A stretch of 64,000 nt of DNA from Eledone cirrhosa (taxonomy: Eukaryota): the NCBI GenBank assembly GCA_964016885.1, contig OZ024740.1, forward strand, positions 216,814,001-216,878,000, read 5' to 3'. Below the pieces are notes generated by a model that worked only from the letters and a program-made list of their open reading frames with translations, was not told where the DNA came from and did no database searches. Each line of letters starts with the position of its first letter. Position 1 is the stretch's first letter. Positions 11,625 through 28,465 of this stretch are shown here, one piece after another. Made by a program: the position numbers and the translations under genes.

Positions 11625-12646
11625 CTATGGTGTGTTGTGTGGGTCTATTTAGAATGTGTGTGTTGTGTGGGGCTATTTAAAATGTGTGTTGTGTGGGGCT
11701 ATTTAAAATGTGTGTGTTGTGTGGGTTTATTTAAAATGTGTGTTATATGGGTCTTTAAAATGTGTGTTGTGTGGGTCTATTTAAAATGTGTGTGTTGTGT
11801 GGGTCTATTTAGAATGTGTGTGTTGTGTGTGTCTATTTAGAATATGTGTGTTGTATGGGTCTATTTGGAATGTGTGTGTTGTGTGGGGCTATTTAAAATG
11901 TGTGTGTTGTGTGGGGCTATTTAAAATGTGTGTGTTGTGTCGGTCTATTTAGAATGTGTGTGTTGTATGGGTCTATTTAGAATGTGTGTGTTGTGTGTGT
12001 TGTGTGGGTCTATCAACAATATGTGTGTGTGTTGTGTGGGTCTATCAACAATATGTGTGTGTGTGTTGTGTGGGGCTATTTAAAATGTGTTGAATTGTGT
12101 GGTCTGTTTTAAATGTGTGTTGTGTGGTCTGTTTAAAATGTGTGTTGTGAGGTCTGTTTTAAATGGGTTATGTTGTGAGGTCTGTTTTAAATGTGTTGTG
12201 TTGTGTGGTCTGTTTAAAATGTGTGTTGTGTTGTGTGGTCTGTTTAAAATGTGTGTTGTGTTGTGAGGTCTGTTTTAAATGGGTTGTGTTGTGAGGTCTG
12301 TTTTAAATGTGTGTTGTGTGATCTGTTTTAAATGAGTTGTGTGGTCTGTTTTAAATGGGTTGTGTTGTGTGGTCTGTTTTAAATGTGTTGTGTTGTCTAT
12401 TTTAAATGTGTTGTGTGGTCTATTTTAAATGTGTTGTGTTGTGTGGTCTATTTTAAATGTGTTGTGTTGTGTGGTCTATTTTAAATGTGCTGTGTGGTCT
12501 ATTTTAAATGAGTTGTGTAGTCTGTTTTAAATGTGTGTTGTGAGGTCTGTTTTAAATGGGTTGTGTTGTGAGGTCTGTTTTAAATGTGTTGTGTGGTCTA
12601 TTTTAAATGTGTTGTGTGGTCTATCAACAATGTGTGTTGTGTTGTG
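11625..12646. repeat. GT-rich minisatellite, ~22-29-bp variable unit
   Basis: Repeated tgtgttgtgtgg(g)tct(a/g)ttt(t)aaa units. Confidence 0.9.
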
Positions 12647-12739
12647 GGAGGGAAAAAGAAATATATATTTTCCTTTCATCTTAAGACCAATCCTAACTTC
12701 AACAAGCAGCAGCAGTGCTAACATATGTTCAAATATACT

Positions 12740-15052
<2,313 letters not shown>

Positions 15053-16011
15053 ATAATTCTTTTTCTTCCTTTGTTTCTCTTGATTCTCATTTTAATCTTC
15101 AATTCCTCTTAAGGTAAAAATAGACAAGCATTGCTTATTATACCTGCAAATATATATACATTGATTTTTACATTCCCTTTCTTCCTCTTACTCTCTATTT
15201 CTCTCACACACACACACTCACACACATACATATTCATACACACACACACACACATGCTCTCACACATTTTGTCTTTAGACAGTTTTACTCTGTGAGTAAT
15301 AGTCTCTATTTTGTGAATACAGTAAACAAAGGCAATCATGGCATGTCTTACAAATGTCTTCATGATCCCAGTGGACAAAATGATGAATCTGTTACCCTAA
15401 AATAGGGCCCCTCAACCTGGACGATATCACCCACCGGTGGGCGATTTCAACAGTTCAATGGCTGATAAGCAACTCAACAGAAAATGGTGGGCAATTGGAA
15501 AATTTAGTGGATGATATAGGATTTAGAGTATTAAGATGGTATTTCAACATATGATACCCACTTAAAAATATTCTGTATATAAAAGAAAACAAGGCTACAT
15601 GGGATTAACGAACAAGTAACAAACTTTTAACAAACGTTTTTGGTATACTTTTGAATATTTACTATACAGGTGGGTGGTGAAAAATCTTTCCATGTGAAAG
15701 TGGATGATGACACAAAAAAAATAGTTAGGAACCCCTGGCCTAAAAATGGCAAGGGAGATGCATTGAAAGAGCCATTCTATCTTGCTGGGCTCATTCTTGC
15801 AGATGACCATCACTATCTTGATCAAACTATGTAGTGAGGAGGTTCAGGGTCCCAGAACGACAGGTGTTTTCATTGTTATATAAAACGTACACACTTATTT
15901 CTGTTGCCTTGGCCAACATCAAGTATCCCACAAATATTTTATATCATCTACTCCTTCATGAAGCCTCATCTACTCCAGACATATGTAAGTTATATATCAT
16001 TTTATTTCATG

Positions 16012-16475
16012 TGAATTGACAGAATCGATAGAGTGTTAGACACCATGTTTTGTGGCATATAGTTACATCTCTTTATGTTCTGAGTTCTAATCTTGCTGCA
16101 CCAGTAATGCACTTTGGTTCCATTTAATCGACCTTCCCCTCCTCCAAATTGATTGCCTTATGCCTAAATCAAAAACCAGAATGGAAAGGGCCGTAACTCC
16201 ATGCTTTGACGCATAGAGTTATGGCCATTTCCATTCTGAGTTCAAATCCCGCCGAGGTTAACTTTGCCTTTCATCCTTATGGGGTCGATAAAATAAAGTA
16301 CCAGTAATGCACTGGGTAATTGCTGGCCTTGTGCCTAACGTAGAAACAATTATTATTATAATTATCCATAATTCAAATCCTGCCGAGGTTAACTTTACCT
16401 TTTATCCTTACGGGGTCGATAAAATAAAGTACCAGTAATTGCTGGCCTTGTGCCAAAAGTAGAAACAATTATCAT
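16012..16475 (+). mobile_element. Cluster of three tandem family C SINE copies
   Basis: Repeated GTTCAAATCC..AACTTT.CCTTT.ATCCTTA.GGGGTCGATAAAATAAAGTACCAG blocks (first copy more diverged). Confidence 0.8.
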
Positions 16476-17884
16476 AATTATCCATATGTCATTTTTACAA
16501 TCCCAGGAGTGTCTCATGAACCAATAACCAAGCATCCTTTGGGATTTTTTCATCAGCTCAATTTGTTAGCACCTTTCTTAGGATCATTACAGTTTCTAAT
16601 TATGTTGTTTTCTGTAATACAAGGTTTGGCTGAAAAGTTCATATTCAGCCAAGAATATTTCAGCCCACCCTCTTAGATCTATCTGAATTTTAATCCCAAT
16701 CTTCTCCAACCATGATTTTATTTTCTTCATGATTTTACCATGAGTGCCCACAATTTCAACTTCTTTCATTCTCCACACTCCTTTCTCTCAGATATTGGTA
16801 GTTCTTGATCTTTGCTTGTTCTTTCTCACACATTCATCATCATCTTAATCATCATCATTATCATCATCATTTAAAGTCCCTTTTCTCTGCTAGCATTGTT
16901 GCTGCTGCTGTTGTTGTTATGTCTGTATTATCTGTAGTATTTCTCATTGTCTGAAATGGCTTTTATGATTAGGTAGCTTATAGGTTATCTTGGATAAAGT
17001 AACTCATTGATTCAAAGTAAAGGTTTGTGTGTGTGTATATATCATATACACACATATATATATATAAATGATATATATATATACATATATGCGTGTGTGA
17101 GTGAGTAAATGTGTGTGTATGTATGCGTAAGTATATGTGTGCGTATATGTGTGTGTATATATTATTTGAGGGGGGAGGAGGTTGTATAAAAATAGGTGTA
17201 TAATTGGGGAAAAACCCACATAAACAAAAACAAATGATTGAAATGTGCCAGTAGGTATAAATAAAAATAGAAAAGAAGAAAAACTTACTTATAGAGTTTG
17301 ACTGGAAGGAATGGTCTTTGAAAATAACCATGAATATTCTGTTTACTGAGAGGCCAACATTTGAGCCATAAGCCATATATTTCAGAGTCCCTAACATAAT
17401 TTCTGAGACAACACAATTGTTTATTAACAATATTTAGTGGGGAAACAACAGGTATAAGAATATAATTAAAATATTTACACCTGAGGCATTCTCATCTCGT
17501 TAAAGATTGGAAAAAAAAATTCTGCTTTAAATTATTTGAATTTGATGTAAAAAAAAAAACATGTGTGAAATTAGGAGATGTAACTTTTAGAAATTAATAA
17601 ATGACTATGTATGTATGTAACATTGTATATATAATGTGTGCATATATATATATATATATATACACATACACACACACACTTATACATGTTAAATATTATA
17701 TTTCTGTAAACACCAATCTAATATAAATACTGATACACAGGCAGATGTTTGTTCCACAATTACAAAGTTTGATCAGCATGAGCTTTGAGAGTTGAAATTT
17801 GGTAGATGGAAACTGTGTAGAAGCCTGTTGAGTGGATTTAATCGATTCCCCCTCCCCAAAATTTGTTGGCTTTGTGCCTAAATC

Positions 17885-18063
17885 AGCAGTGTCAGTAGAA
17901 GGTTGGACGCTATGCTTTCTAGCATAGTTACGTCCCTTTACAGTCTGAGTTCAAATCCTGCCAAGGTTAACTTTGCCTTTCATCCTTACAGGGTAGATAA
18001 AATAAAGTACCAGTAATGCACTGGTATATTGCTGGCCTTGTGCCAAAAGTAGAAACAATTATT
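17885..18063 (+). mobile_element. SINE family C
   Basis: Matches 10713-10908. Confidence 0.8.
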
Positions 18064-19074
18064 AGTACTTTGGAAGATTTGTTACAGTGTTGGACAAAAT
18101 GCATTGTGGTGTTTGTTCTGGTTTTATGTGCTCTGATTTTAAATCCTACCAAAGTCAACTTTGCCTTTTAACTTTGTGGAGGTTGATAAAATATAGTAGT
18201 AGTGGTGCATCGGTGGAATAGTTAGAGGGCTGAATGAGATGTCTTGCTGTATATGTCTTTGTTTAGCTCTTTGATAAGGAAGCTTGTTGTTTAGCCTTAT
18301 GATAAAGAAGTTTATTGTTACAGTTGTTTAGCCCTATAAAAATATCCTATATACTGCAGAGTTGCAGTTCTCTATGTAACATCTGAACCAGAAGAAATGA
18401 CTCTCTTCTCCTTTGTTTATCATTGAAATCAAAAGATAAGACAGTTTTAAACTTAAATCAAATCATATTGACAGAGAGTATGAACTGGTGCTAATATTCC
18501 ATATTCTGTGATTATGAGAAGGTAGAGTAGGAGATAGTGGCAGCAGATTTTATCATGGAATTAAATCAGGGAGAGATTAACCTATGATCAATGCTGTTCA
18601 TTTGGATAAAGAGACAATCTTACACTTTGTTTCAACTTATATATGAACCACTAATATTTAAAAGGTCAATGGTGTTGAAGAAGAAGAAGGAGTTGATGAT
18701 GATATTTATTTATATAAGTTTAAGTCTGACCTTTCACTTACTAAACATATGCAGTTGTATTTTCGTCTTGAGCAGCTTTTCGTTTCTTTTTATATGAAAA
18801 TCTAAGCAAATATTTGCATCCGAAATGTTTGATTTATGGCAAATAAATTGCATGTTTTCTATTTTCTGTAAATGACTCACTTTGAATTTTGCAAGTTTAT
18901 ATATATACATACATACATATGTATATACACACACATATATATATGTATACACCTATACACACACACATACATAGTGCAATTTATTGATAAGCGAATGTTT
19001 AAAACATCATAATATTCTTCACTTGCCTAATACATAAATGTTTGTATCTTGATCTATCTATACATACTTATTCG

Positions 19075-19414
<340 letters not shown>

Positions 19415-19503
19415 ATTAAGGATGTTTTCTGGAGGAGTTCAGAAAGAAACCACAATTAAATAAGTTATTCAATATATTAGTAGAGAAAAAGCATGTTTAT
19501 TTT

Positions 19504-19621
19504 ATATATAAATGACTTCTACAAGATCAGAACTCTTTCATTTGTATGAAATTTATCAGGGTATTTCTGGTGGTTTCATATGAATGAAACAATTCTAGTC
19601 CTATAGAAGTCATTTATATAT
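19504..19621. repeat. Palindromic element, second copy of 1784-1913
   Basis: AATGACTTCTACAAG...CTATAGAAGTCATT arms; decayed core ctggtgg..GAAAC-aattcta-GTC. Confidence 0.65.
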
Positions 19622-19630
19622 GTATATATT

Positions 19631-19805
19631 TGAGGGTCAGCTGACCAAGATACTCTCATGGAATGGTCAAATGTGGTTTATTTTACAACATACTCCCTGG
19701 AAAGAAACAATGCAGTTATTAACAAGAAGAGTTAAAATTAAAACATTTCACAGCTCTAGCATCACTCCTTCATAGTCAGCCTATGAACTTTTCAGCTAAC
19801 TCTCA
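19631..19805. mobile_element. Tc1/mariner-like MITE
   Basis: Homologous to 62764-62960; right TIR TCAGCCTATGAACTTTTCAGC..CTCTCA|TA. Confidence 0.6.
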
Positions 19806-20010
19806 TAATTGTTCTTAAATGAAATTATGCTGGAAGATTTAAATTTATATAGGAATTCTTTAAAATGGTTGACTTTTTGTCATAGAACTAGAGCTGGTTT
19901 TCACTGGCTTCGTATAAAAAAGATAAATTTAAACATGTTGCTATATATCTAAGTAATAGGGTTAGGGTTAGGGACTTAATCTACCACCTGGTTTAACATC
20001 ACTACCAAAA

Positions 20011-20213
20011 CCTTTTAACATTTACATTATTCTTTATATATTATTGTATTTTTGTGGTAATTATCTCAGATACTATCGGATCTATGAGATTTTGATGTTA
20101 TTTATTTTGAGAACAATACCTTAACATCAGTATGAATGGGTAATTACGGTTGGTTTGAACAGAAAGAGGTGAGAGAATTCTGGCTGGATATGGCCGGTTT
20201 AAATGGTAAAGGG
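20011..20213. mobile_element. piggyBac-like MITE, diverged
   Basis: Colinear with 20944-21151. Confidence 0.65.
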
Positions 20214-20943
20214 TTAGGGCAAATACAGAGCTCATTTAGTTTCAGGCATTTGAGCCAAGTCTTTGATATCTTCCTCTTATTAGTCCAGGATTTCCTCCAA
20301 AAGAGTCATGGAGATTGCTTTTTTCTTCCTGGCTAATGAGTTTAAAAAAAAAGTGGGTCTGAAAATACCTCTTGGTGCTGTCAGATGTTATATTGCTAAA
20401 ACACCAGACAAATTAACTTTCCATATATAATGATCCCTCTATGATGATGATGTTATTATTGGTGTTGTTGTTTTTCTTCTTCTTCTTCTTCTTCTTCTTC
20501 TTCTTCTTTTTCTTCTTCTTCTTTTTTTTTTCTTTTTCTTTTTCTTCTTCTTCTTTTTCTTCTTCTTCTTCTTAAGAGAGATGGTGAAGGGGAAGACTTG
20601 ACTCTAGTACTGGACTGGTATTTTATTCTTCCTGATCTCAGCTTGATTTGAACAGTTGGTGTTAGGAATGACTTCCAGTTGTAGAAAAATGACAAAAAGT
20701 GGCAAGGTGACCCTTCAGTCACAGTACAATTCTATGTTAACGTCATAAAACATTGTTCCCAGTACATCTGGTTGGTGATTGGAAGGGCAGGTGTTGAAAG
20801 CATGTAAAAAAGAATTGAGGGGACTCTGCAAATTGAGTCAGAAACGCACATCTTCCCTATAAAACTTAATCAGTACGTGTAGTGTGGAATTCTATGTGAG
20901 ATGTAGCCTGTTGCCCCTCTGAAAGGTCAGTAACTCACATTAA

Positions 20944-21151
20944 CCCTTTAGCATTTATATTACTCTATATTTACTATTGTATTTTCACGGTTAAGGCTTC
21001 ACCTCACATAATATTGAATCTATGAGATTTTGATATTATTTATTTTGAGAACAATACCTTAACATCGGTATGAGTGACCAGTTACAGCCAGTTTGAACAG
21101 AAAGAGGTGAGAGAATGTTGGCCAGATACAGCTGGTTTAAATGCTAAAGGG
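20944..21151. mobile_element. piggyBac-like MITE
   Basis: Perfect TIR CCCTTTAGCATTTA / TAAATGCTAAAGGG flanked by TTAA on both sides. Confidence 0.85.
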
Positions 21152-21574
21152 TTAAGTACTGACGTGGTCTGTGATGACCAATCCAACCCTTCCTAGCAGG
21201 GAAAATGGATGCTAAATGATAGTGATGATGATGATGGTGATGACTGTCTTTGAGAAATTTGTATTATTCTTTTAAAATGCTTCGTATTTATTCTTGGCCT
21301 TATTCTTCCAAATAAATCTGTTAATCTTTGCATAAATTTCTGATGTACAAAAGATCAATAAGTCTTTCAGCTTTGATTTTGGTTTGATTGTTATGATCCT
21401 GAAAATAGATTTGTTACATTCAGAATAAAAATAAAAGTGGTGGTGGTGCTGCTGGTGTTGTTGGTGTTAGTAGAGACAGTGGTGGTGGTGCTGCTGGAGG
21501 TAGTGGTGTTGGTGGGGGTGATAGTGTTGCTGTAGGTCATAGTTATCATGATGGTGGAGGTGTGGTGTGGGTAG

Positions 21575-22387
21575 TGGAGGTGGTGGTGGCAGTGATAGTA
21601 TTGGTGGTGGTGGTGGTGGCGGCAGTGTTAGTAATATTGGTGGTGGTGGTGGCAGCAGTGTTAGTAATATTGGTGGTGGGGTGGTGGTGGTGGCAGTGTT
21701 AGTAATATTGGTGGTGGCGTAGTGGAGGTGGTGGTGGCAGTGATAGTAATGGTGGTGGTGGTGGTGGTGGCGGTGATAGTAATGGTGGTGGTGGTGGCGG
21801 CAGTGTTAGTAATATTGGTGGTGGGGTGGTGGTGGTGGTGGCGAGAGTGTTAGTAATATTGGTGGTGGGGTGGTGGTGGTGGCAGTGTTAGTAATATTGG
21901 TGGTGGTGGTGGTGGTGGCAGTGTTAGTAATATTGGTGGTGGTGGTGGCAGTGTTAATAATGGTGGTGGTGGTGGTGGTGTCAGTGTTAGTAATGGTGGC
22001 GATGGTGGCGGCAGTGTTAGTAATATTGGTGGTGGGGTGGTGGTGGCAGTGTTAGTAATGGTGGTGGTGGTGTCAGTGTTAGTAATGGAGGTGGTGGTGG
22101 CGGCAGTGTTAGCAATATTGGTGGTGGGGTGGTGGTGGCAGTGTTAGTAATGGTGGCGGCAGTGTTAGTAATATTAGTGGTCGGGTGGTGGTGTTGGTGG
22201 TGGTGTCAGTGTTAGTAATGGTGGCGGTGGTGGCGGCAGTGTTAGTAATATTAGTGGTCGGGTGTTGGTGGTGGTGTCAGTGTTAGTAATGGTGGCGGTG
22301 GTGGCGGCAGTGTTAGTAATATTGGTGGTCCGGGTGGTGGTGTTGGTGGCAGTGTTAGTAATGGTGGTGGTGGTGGTGGTGGTGGTG
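21575..22387. repeat. GGT-based minisatellite (ggtggtggcagtgttagtaat(att))n
   Basis: Direct. Confidence 0.9.
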
Positions 22388-22649
22388 TAAGGTGCTGTAA
22401 CCATAGATGTCTACTTATGATGAAAACCTTGTCTTTTGAAGGTTTTTCTCAAATCTCTGCTCTAAAGTTTCTTCGGTGTGGAAGAGAAACGAAAAGTAGA
22501 GTGATGTTTGTATTTGAAGGAGAGAAAGCCTGAGAGTCAGACTGAGAGTCAGACTCTACAAAAAGACCAATGGAAGACAGATACTAACAAAACTCATTTA
22601 AATAATCATATTTTGATGTCTTTGATGATACACACACACATAAATGTAT

Positions 22650-22762
22650 TTGTGTGTGTATATATATGTGTATATACATGTTTGAATATATATATATATG
22701 AATATATATATATATCTATATATATATATATATGTATGTGTATGTGTATATATATGTATATG

Positions 22763-22803
<41 letters not shown>

Positions 22804-22812
22804 ATGTGTATG

Positions 22813-22847
<35 letters not shown>

Positions 22848-22933
22848 ATATGTATGTATGTGTATGTATGTATATATATATATATATGTGTATATGTATA
22901 TATGTATATATATATATATATATATATACACAT

Positions 22934-22965
<32 letters not shown>

Positions 22966-22999
22966 GGATGTATGTGTATATATATATATGTATATATAT

Positions 23000-23037
<38 letters not shown>

Positions 23038-23595
23038 TGTAAATATATGTGTGTATGTATATATATATGTATGTGTAGATGTATGTATATATATATATGT
23101 ATGTATATATATATATATATGTAACTATATGTGTGTATGTATATATATGTATGTGTAGATGTATGTGTATATATATATATGTATGTATATATATATATAT
23201 ATGTATGTATATATATGTATATATATATATATATGTATATATGTATATGTATGTATATATATATGTATATATATATATATGTATGTATATGTATGTATAT
23301 ATATATATGTATCTATACATATGTATGTATATATATATATATATATGTGTGTATGTATGTATATATATATGTGTGTATGTATGTATATATATATGTGTGT
23401 ATGTATGTATATATATATGTGTGTATGTATGTATGTATATATATATATATGTGTATGTATGTATGTATATATATATATATGTGTATATATATATGTATGT
23501 ATATATATATATATGTATGTATATCTATATATGTATGTATGTATATATATGTATGTATGTATATATATGTGTATATATATATATATGTATGTATG

Positions 23596-23628
<33 letters not shown>

Positions 23629-23637
23629 ATATGTATG

Positions 23638-23668
<31 letters not shown>

Positions 23669-23729
23669 ATATATATGTATGTATATATATATATATATAT
23701 GTATGTATGTGTATATATATATATGTATG

Positions 23730-23760
<31 letters not shown>

Positions 23761-23917
23761 GTATATATATATGTATGTATATATATATATATATATGTAT
23801 GTATGTGTATATATATATGTATGTGTATATATGTATGCATATATGTATGTATGTGTATATATATATGTATGTATATAAAGACAACTATATATATATATAT
23901 ATATATGTGTGTATGTA
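22650..23917. repeat. (TA)n/(TATG)n compound microsatellite
   Basis: Direct. Confidence 0.95.
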
Positions 23918-24239
23918 TTGATTTCTTTCTTTCTGTCTATTTCTCACCTCTTTTACTGGCATTGTTAAGGTATTAAGGAGAATGGGTTAGAAAACCAATC
24001 TTTATGCCGAGTGTTTATGTCTTTTTGTTTTCCCCATTCTATGCAGTATATAATATACATTGTGATTATTATCTAAATATTTGTGAGTGTGTTTGGTAAA
24101 ATGAACCAAAAATCTAAGGAATAATTGTATTTCTGTTAGAAAGTAGTAGATTCCAGATTGTAAATTGCTAATATTTGATTCTGATTGTAGAATTCATTAT
24201 TCATTACATGACACATTTTATATTTAAAAATTCTACTTT

Positions 24240-24276
<37 letters not shown>

Positions 24277-24333
24277 TGGGATATGCAAAATCCAGACCAT
24301 GAGGTTTCTAGTCTTAGTCATTATATATATCAT

Positions 24334-24391
<58 letters not shown>

Positions 24392-24438
24392 AAATAAAAC
24401 AAGGATCAGTGGCTACTCCTTCATTACATTTATTGGTT

Positions 24439-24523
24439 GGTGACACGCATATCACCACTGATCAGCTCGCGGTTCGATCTGTATCGATCTCGCCCAACTC
24501 TGTAATCCACGGCTTGTCAGACC
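24439..24523 (-). ncRNA. Hammerhead remnant, long-stem-II subfamily (core mutated)
   Basis: Minus: ggt-CTGACAA-gcc..60 nt..ggt-GATA-tgcgtg-TC-acc; homologous to 31410-31501 and 42274-42352. Confidence 0.55.
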
Positions 24524-24728
24524 CCTTATAATGGTAATGAAAATTGATAAACCTACAGTAACTCCAAGTTACACTCCCTGGATATATATATATATATATG
24601 CAAAGTTTTATTTAAATTGTTGGGTTACAACGAGTAAATATTTATAACTGATATAAAAGCACTCAACAAGTATTTGGAGTATATTTACGATATTAAATAA
24701 ATGGAAATTATATTTATAAAACCATATT

Positions 24729-24794
24729 TATTTCATTATATATATTTCAGGGATATCATATTAAAAATATGGTATGCCTTCATCAGACAAAATA
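24729..24794 (-). ncRNA. Type I hammerhead ribozyme (mirror copy)
   Basis: Reverse complement of 25013-25078. Confidence 0.75.
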
Positions 24795-25012
24795 CAATAT
24801 AAACAGTCTTATAAATAGATAGATTTGACATACCTTACAACTTCAACTTCCATTTAAAAAGTTGATTTGGTAGTGAAAAATGTTAGGGACAGTTATAACT
24901 GTCCCTAACAATAACTGTCCCTAACATTTTTCACTACCAAATCAACTTTTTAAATGGAAGTTGAAGTTGTAAGGTATGTCAAATCTATCTATTTATAAGA
25001 CTGTTTATATTG

Positions 25013-25078
25013 TATTTTGTCTGATGAAGGCATACCATATTTTTAATATGATATCCCTGAAATATATATAATGAAATA
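25013..25078 (+). ncRNA. Type I hammerhead ribozyme, intact core
   Basis: Stem I tattttgt/atgaaata (8 bp incl. 2 GU); CTGATGA 25021-27; stem II agg..catatt-ttt-aatatg..cct; GAAA 25059-62; palindromic stem III; AUA cleavage triplet ending 25070. Confidence 0.8.
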
Positions 25079-25119
25079 AATATGGTTTTATAAATATAGT
25101 TTCCATTTATTTAATATCG

Positions 25120-25150
<31 letters not shown>

Positions 25151-25174
25151 TGGGGTCTTTATACTTATTATTAC

Positions 25175-25208
<34 letters not shown>

Positions 25209-26252
25209 GTAATAATAAGTATAAAGACCAAAAAATATGTGTTTTTTTTATATGAATAAAACAATATGTTTCATTGTCATATTAAAATTTAGCTGGTGAG
25301 TATTGTTTGTAAAATAGTCTTGTGAGTGAAATTAGGCAAATGGAAAATCTGTTGAACCCTGTCAGACAAATTATAACTTTAATTCTAAGGTCCAATCTTG
25401 TCACACAAAGTGTCATGTGGATTCTACCTTAAGATTATATCAAGGTTAAAGTTTCTATGAAGAACTCAAACTTTTACATTGTAATGTAATGTAGTTTCAT
25501 AGAGTTGAGTCTGTAAAATGCTGTGTAGTAAGAAGGTATCCATTCTTAGAAAACTTGCCATAAAAGGGTTCAGGAAAACTATTCAGTTTTGTCAAAGATA
25601 CAATAACCTTCTTAGTGCTTGTGTCATGTTAAAATGTATCCACTAGAATCTGTAGAGACTAGGTAGGCTTATATGTGACATGCAGACTCCGGTACATCTG
25701 AGAAGAGATCAGTGGTGTTCCGAATAAGTACTGACTTAGTCTGAAATGTTCTATGATGACGATAATGTTGATGGTGGTGGTGGTGATGATGATGATATAT
25801 GTACATGTAAGCATGTACTGCAAACATTCCAATATTTGTTATTCTTGATGATTGTTGGTGGTGACCATGTTCTGATGTTGTTGATGATGATGATGTATAG
25901 ATATGTGGTTGTATGTTCATACTACTAACATTTCAGTAGAATTTCAAAGCTTGTTCTTATTATTATTCCACTATATCTTCATATTTATTGTTAAACTGTC
26001 CAGGTTAACTTTCAGTTCCTGTTCAATAAAGAATGTTATTTGAAATTTCTCAAGTCTATAATAAATAACTTGGTCAATTTCTCTCTGTTACTATTTATGT
26101 CATCAGGTATATTGATCAGTTCTTGTTGAATATCAGATATTTTTCTACTTATTCATGTTGAAATTCCTGGTTGTAGCAGTTGAGTAGCTTGAGGGTTAAA
26201 TCACATTTATTCATCTATGTCATAAATTGATATAGATATATCTTATTCTTTA

Positions 26253-26477
26253 ACCTTTGTGATACCAAATTACCTGAAATCACACCTGGTTCTATGATGC
26301 AAATATTTTTGTTTTATACTGTTCACATTTACCTTCCTTCCTATTTTTGTGTCAGAACCTTTAAGTTGTTATAAACACCAACTTAATGAGAGAGTTAATT
26401 ATATTACAAAATCCCTCCAAATTCTTGATTATTTCCCAAATGCAGTCTTTTTTATTAGAAATATGGTAACAAAAGGG
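26253..26477. mobile_element. Old piggyBac-like MITE (second family)
   Basis: TTAA|CCTTTGTGATACC ... GGTAACAAAAGGG; related fragments near 8745-8875, 29270-29470, 37900-38115. Confidence 0.5.
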
Positions 26478-27140
26478 TTTCTTGACCACATTTCTAAGAA
26501 AATACATCGTATTTCAATCAATTAACAGAGAATTTAGAGAGATTTGTTGAAATTATTATTTTAATAGCAAGATGATATTTGTAAGATAACTTAACAACAG
26601 GGTTTTATAACAAATCATGTAGGAATTTAATTTCAATAGGAATCCTAGAAAATAGGGTATTTTGTTTCATAGAAACTGGGGCTGTTTTATCAGAAGTTGA
26701 TATCAAAAGAGTTAAAGAAACTGCAGTACTCATTCACATCAGCTTTTCCTTGAGCATAATTATTCACACTGATAATAAAATCTCTCTTTGAATAATTGGG
26801 AGATCTTACTTCTTCTTAGGTTTTATTTGTTCAGCCCTTTGAACTGTGACCACCCAAACCCTGCCTTCCACATGTGTGGTCTCTAAACCCATGGGTGCAC
26901 ACTAAATTCAGGCCAAAGGGAATGATATAAAATAAATTGCCAATGTATGTAGAAAGTAGTGTAAATAACGAAGACAAAATTTTATTCCATTTAATGAAAC
27001 AATTATAAAAATATTCATTCTGTTGGATTAAAGAAATAATCTTTAAATATACACCTGTGCTTTTTTACTTTTACTTTTTACCTGTAACCTTTGATTTGTA
27101 TGGAACTATGGATCTTTTACCCCCCCCCCTTTTTTTTTTC

Positions 27141-27184
<44 letters not shown>

Positions 27185-27327
27185 AATAAAATATCATAAT
27201 TGGCTCACTGTAATTAGTATTATCTGATGTCATTCATAACTGAGTTAATTACCTTCATAGTATTTTATACACTTAAATAACTGTGGAATTGAAAGTTCCA
27301 CACTGTCTATTGTTGCATTGAATCTTA

Positions 27328-27566
27328 CTCAAATAGCACCATATACCCTTTAATTCAAATAGCACCATATACCTTTTAATTCAAATAGCACCATATACCT
27401 TTTGATTCAAATAGCACCATATACCTTTTAATTCAAATAGCACCATATACCCACCCTTTAATTCAAATAGCAACTTATACCTTTTCATTCAAATAGCACC
27501 TTATACCTTTTAGTTCAAATAGCACCATATACCTTTTAATTCAAATATCACCTTATACCTTTTAGT
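27328..27566. repeat. ~26-bp minisatellite (attcaaatagcaccatatacctttta)n, ~9 copies
   Basis: Direct. Confidence 0.9.
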
Positions 27567-28465
27567 TATTCTACCATAAGATGCTTCAACACAGGTTTCG
27601 TAACATGAAGCTTGAAGTGGTTGATCAACTTACAACAAGGCCATCATCTCTTAATTCTGTGAAGTGTTCTGTATTATTTTTTTGGCACAAAACCAGAAAA
27701 AGAAAACATGAAATGAATAATATACTTCTAGTTTCACATATCTCAAATATATTTAATTGGCAATGGAGTTTATATATTTAGAATTTTACATGTGTGTGTG
27801 TGTGAGATATTCATTGTAAAAAGATCAATGTAAAAAACAGTTTTGCACTGAACTGCATTTAAAATGTTTGTATTGTTTGCTATTAAGAATATGTAATACA
27901 AATGTTTGATGAATATACTATATGTAAAATATTTACATGACTTTTAATAGTGAGTATATAGAAGATGTATTAATAAATTAGTAATACTGACAATATTGCT
28001 ACTGATGATGATGATGATAATGGTCTCTAATTTGGGGAAAGTCAATTAACTCGATCTCAGTGTTACTTTATTTTATCAACCCTGTAAGGATGAAAGACAA
28101 AGTTAACTGTGGAGGGATTTGAACTCAGAATGTAAAGAACTGTAGTTGTCTGACGCTCTACCAATTCTGTCATTCCACTGCCTTTGATGATGATAATTAA
28201 CATTGTCTATTAATAAGGAATTCACTAATTGTTTTAAACAAGCCTGCAGTATTCAACTCCAAATATTTGCATCAAAATCCCCTGATATTCATCAAACCTG
28301 AAAAAAGAGTATTGTAAATGTAGAAACTTGACAAAATTGTTGTCAGTGTTTTTCTGTAGGAAGACTAAAGCAACAATGTAAAGCAATCAGTAATTCATGC
28401 AGCAAGTAGCATAAATAACAGTATTAAAGAGGAGAGTGTAGCAGAATACTGGGATTGTGAGATAT

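Larger units (their letters stand above)
24599..25121. mobile_element. PLE terminal fragment forming a ~210-bp-arm palindrome
   Basis: 24686-24895 is the near-perfect reverse complement of 24912-25121; 24599-24795 aligns with the PLE end at 54107-54300. Confidence 0.8.

Noticed and set aside
19957-19973. Telomeric TTAGGG repeats
   Set aside because: Fewer than three full units; may be chance
22508-23976. Long ORFs rich in Y/I/C/V/M/H/T (also 11032-11551, 53429-54147, 57498-58553 and others)
   Set aside because: Translations of (TA)n/(TG)n microsatellites, which lack stop codons
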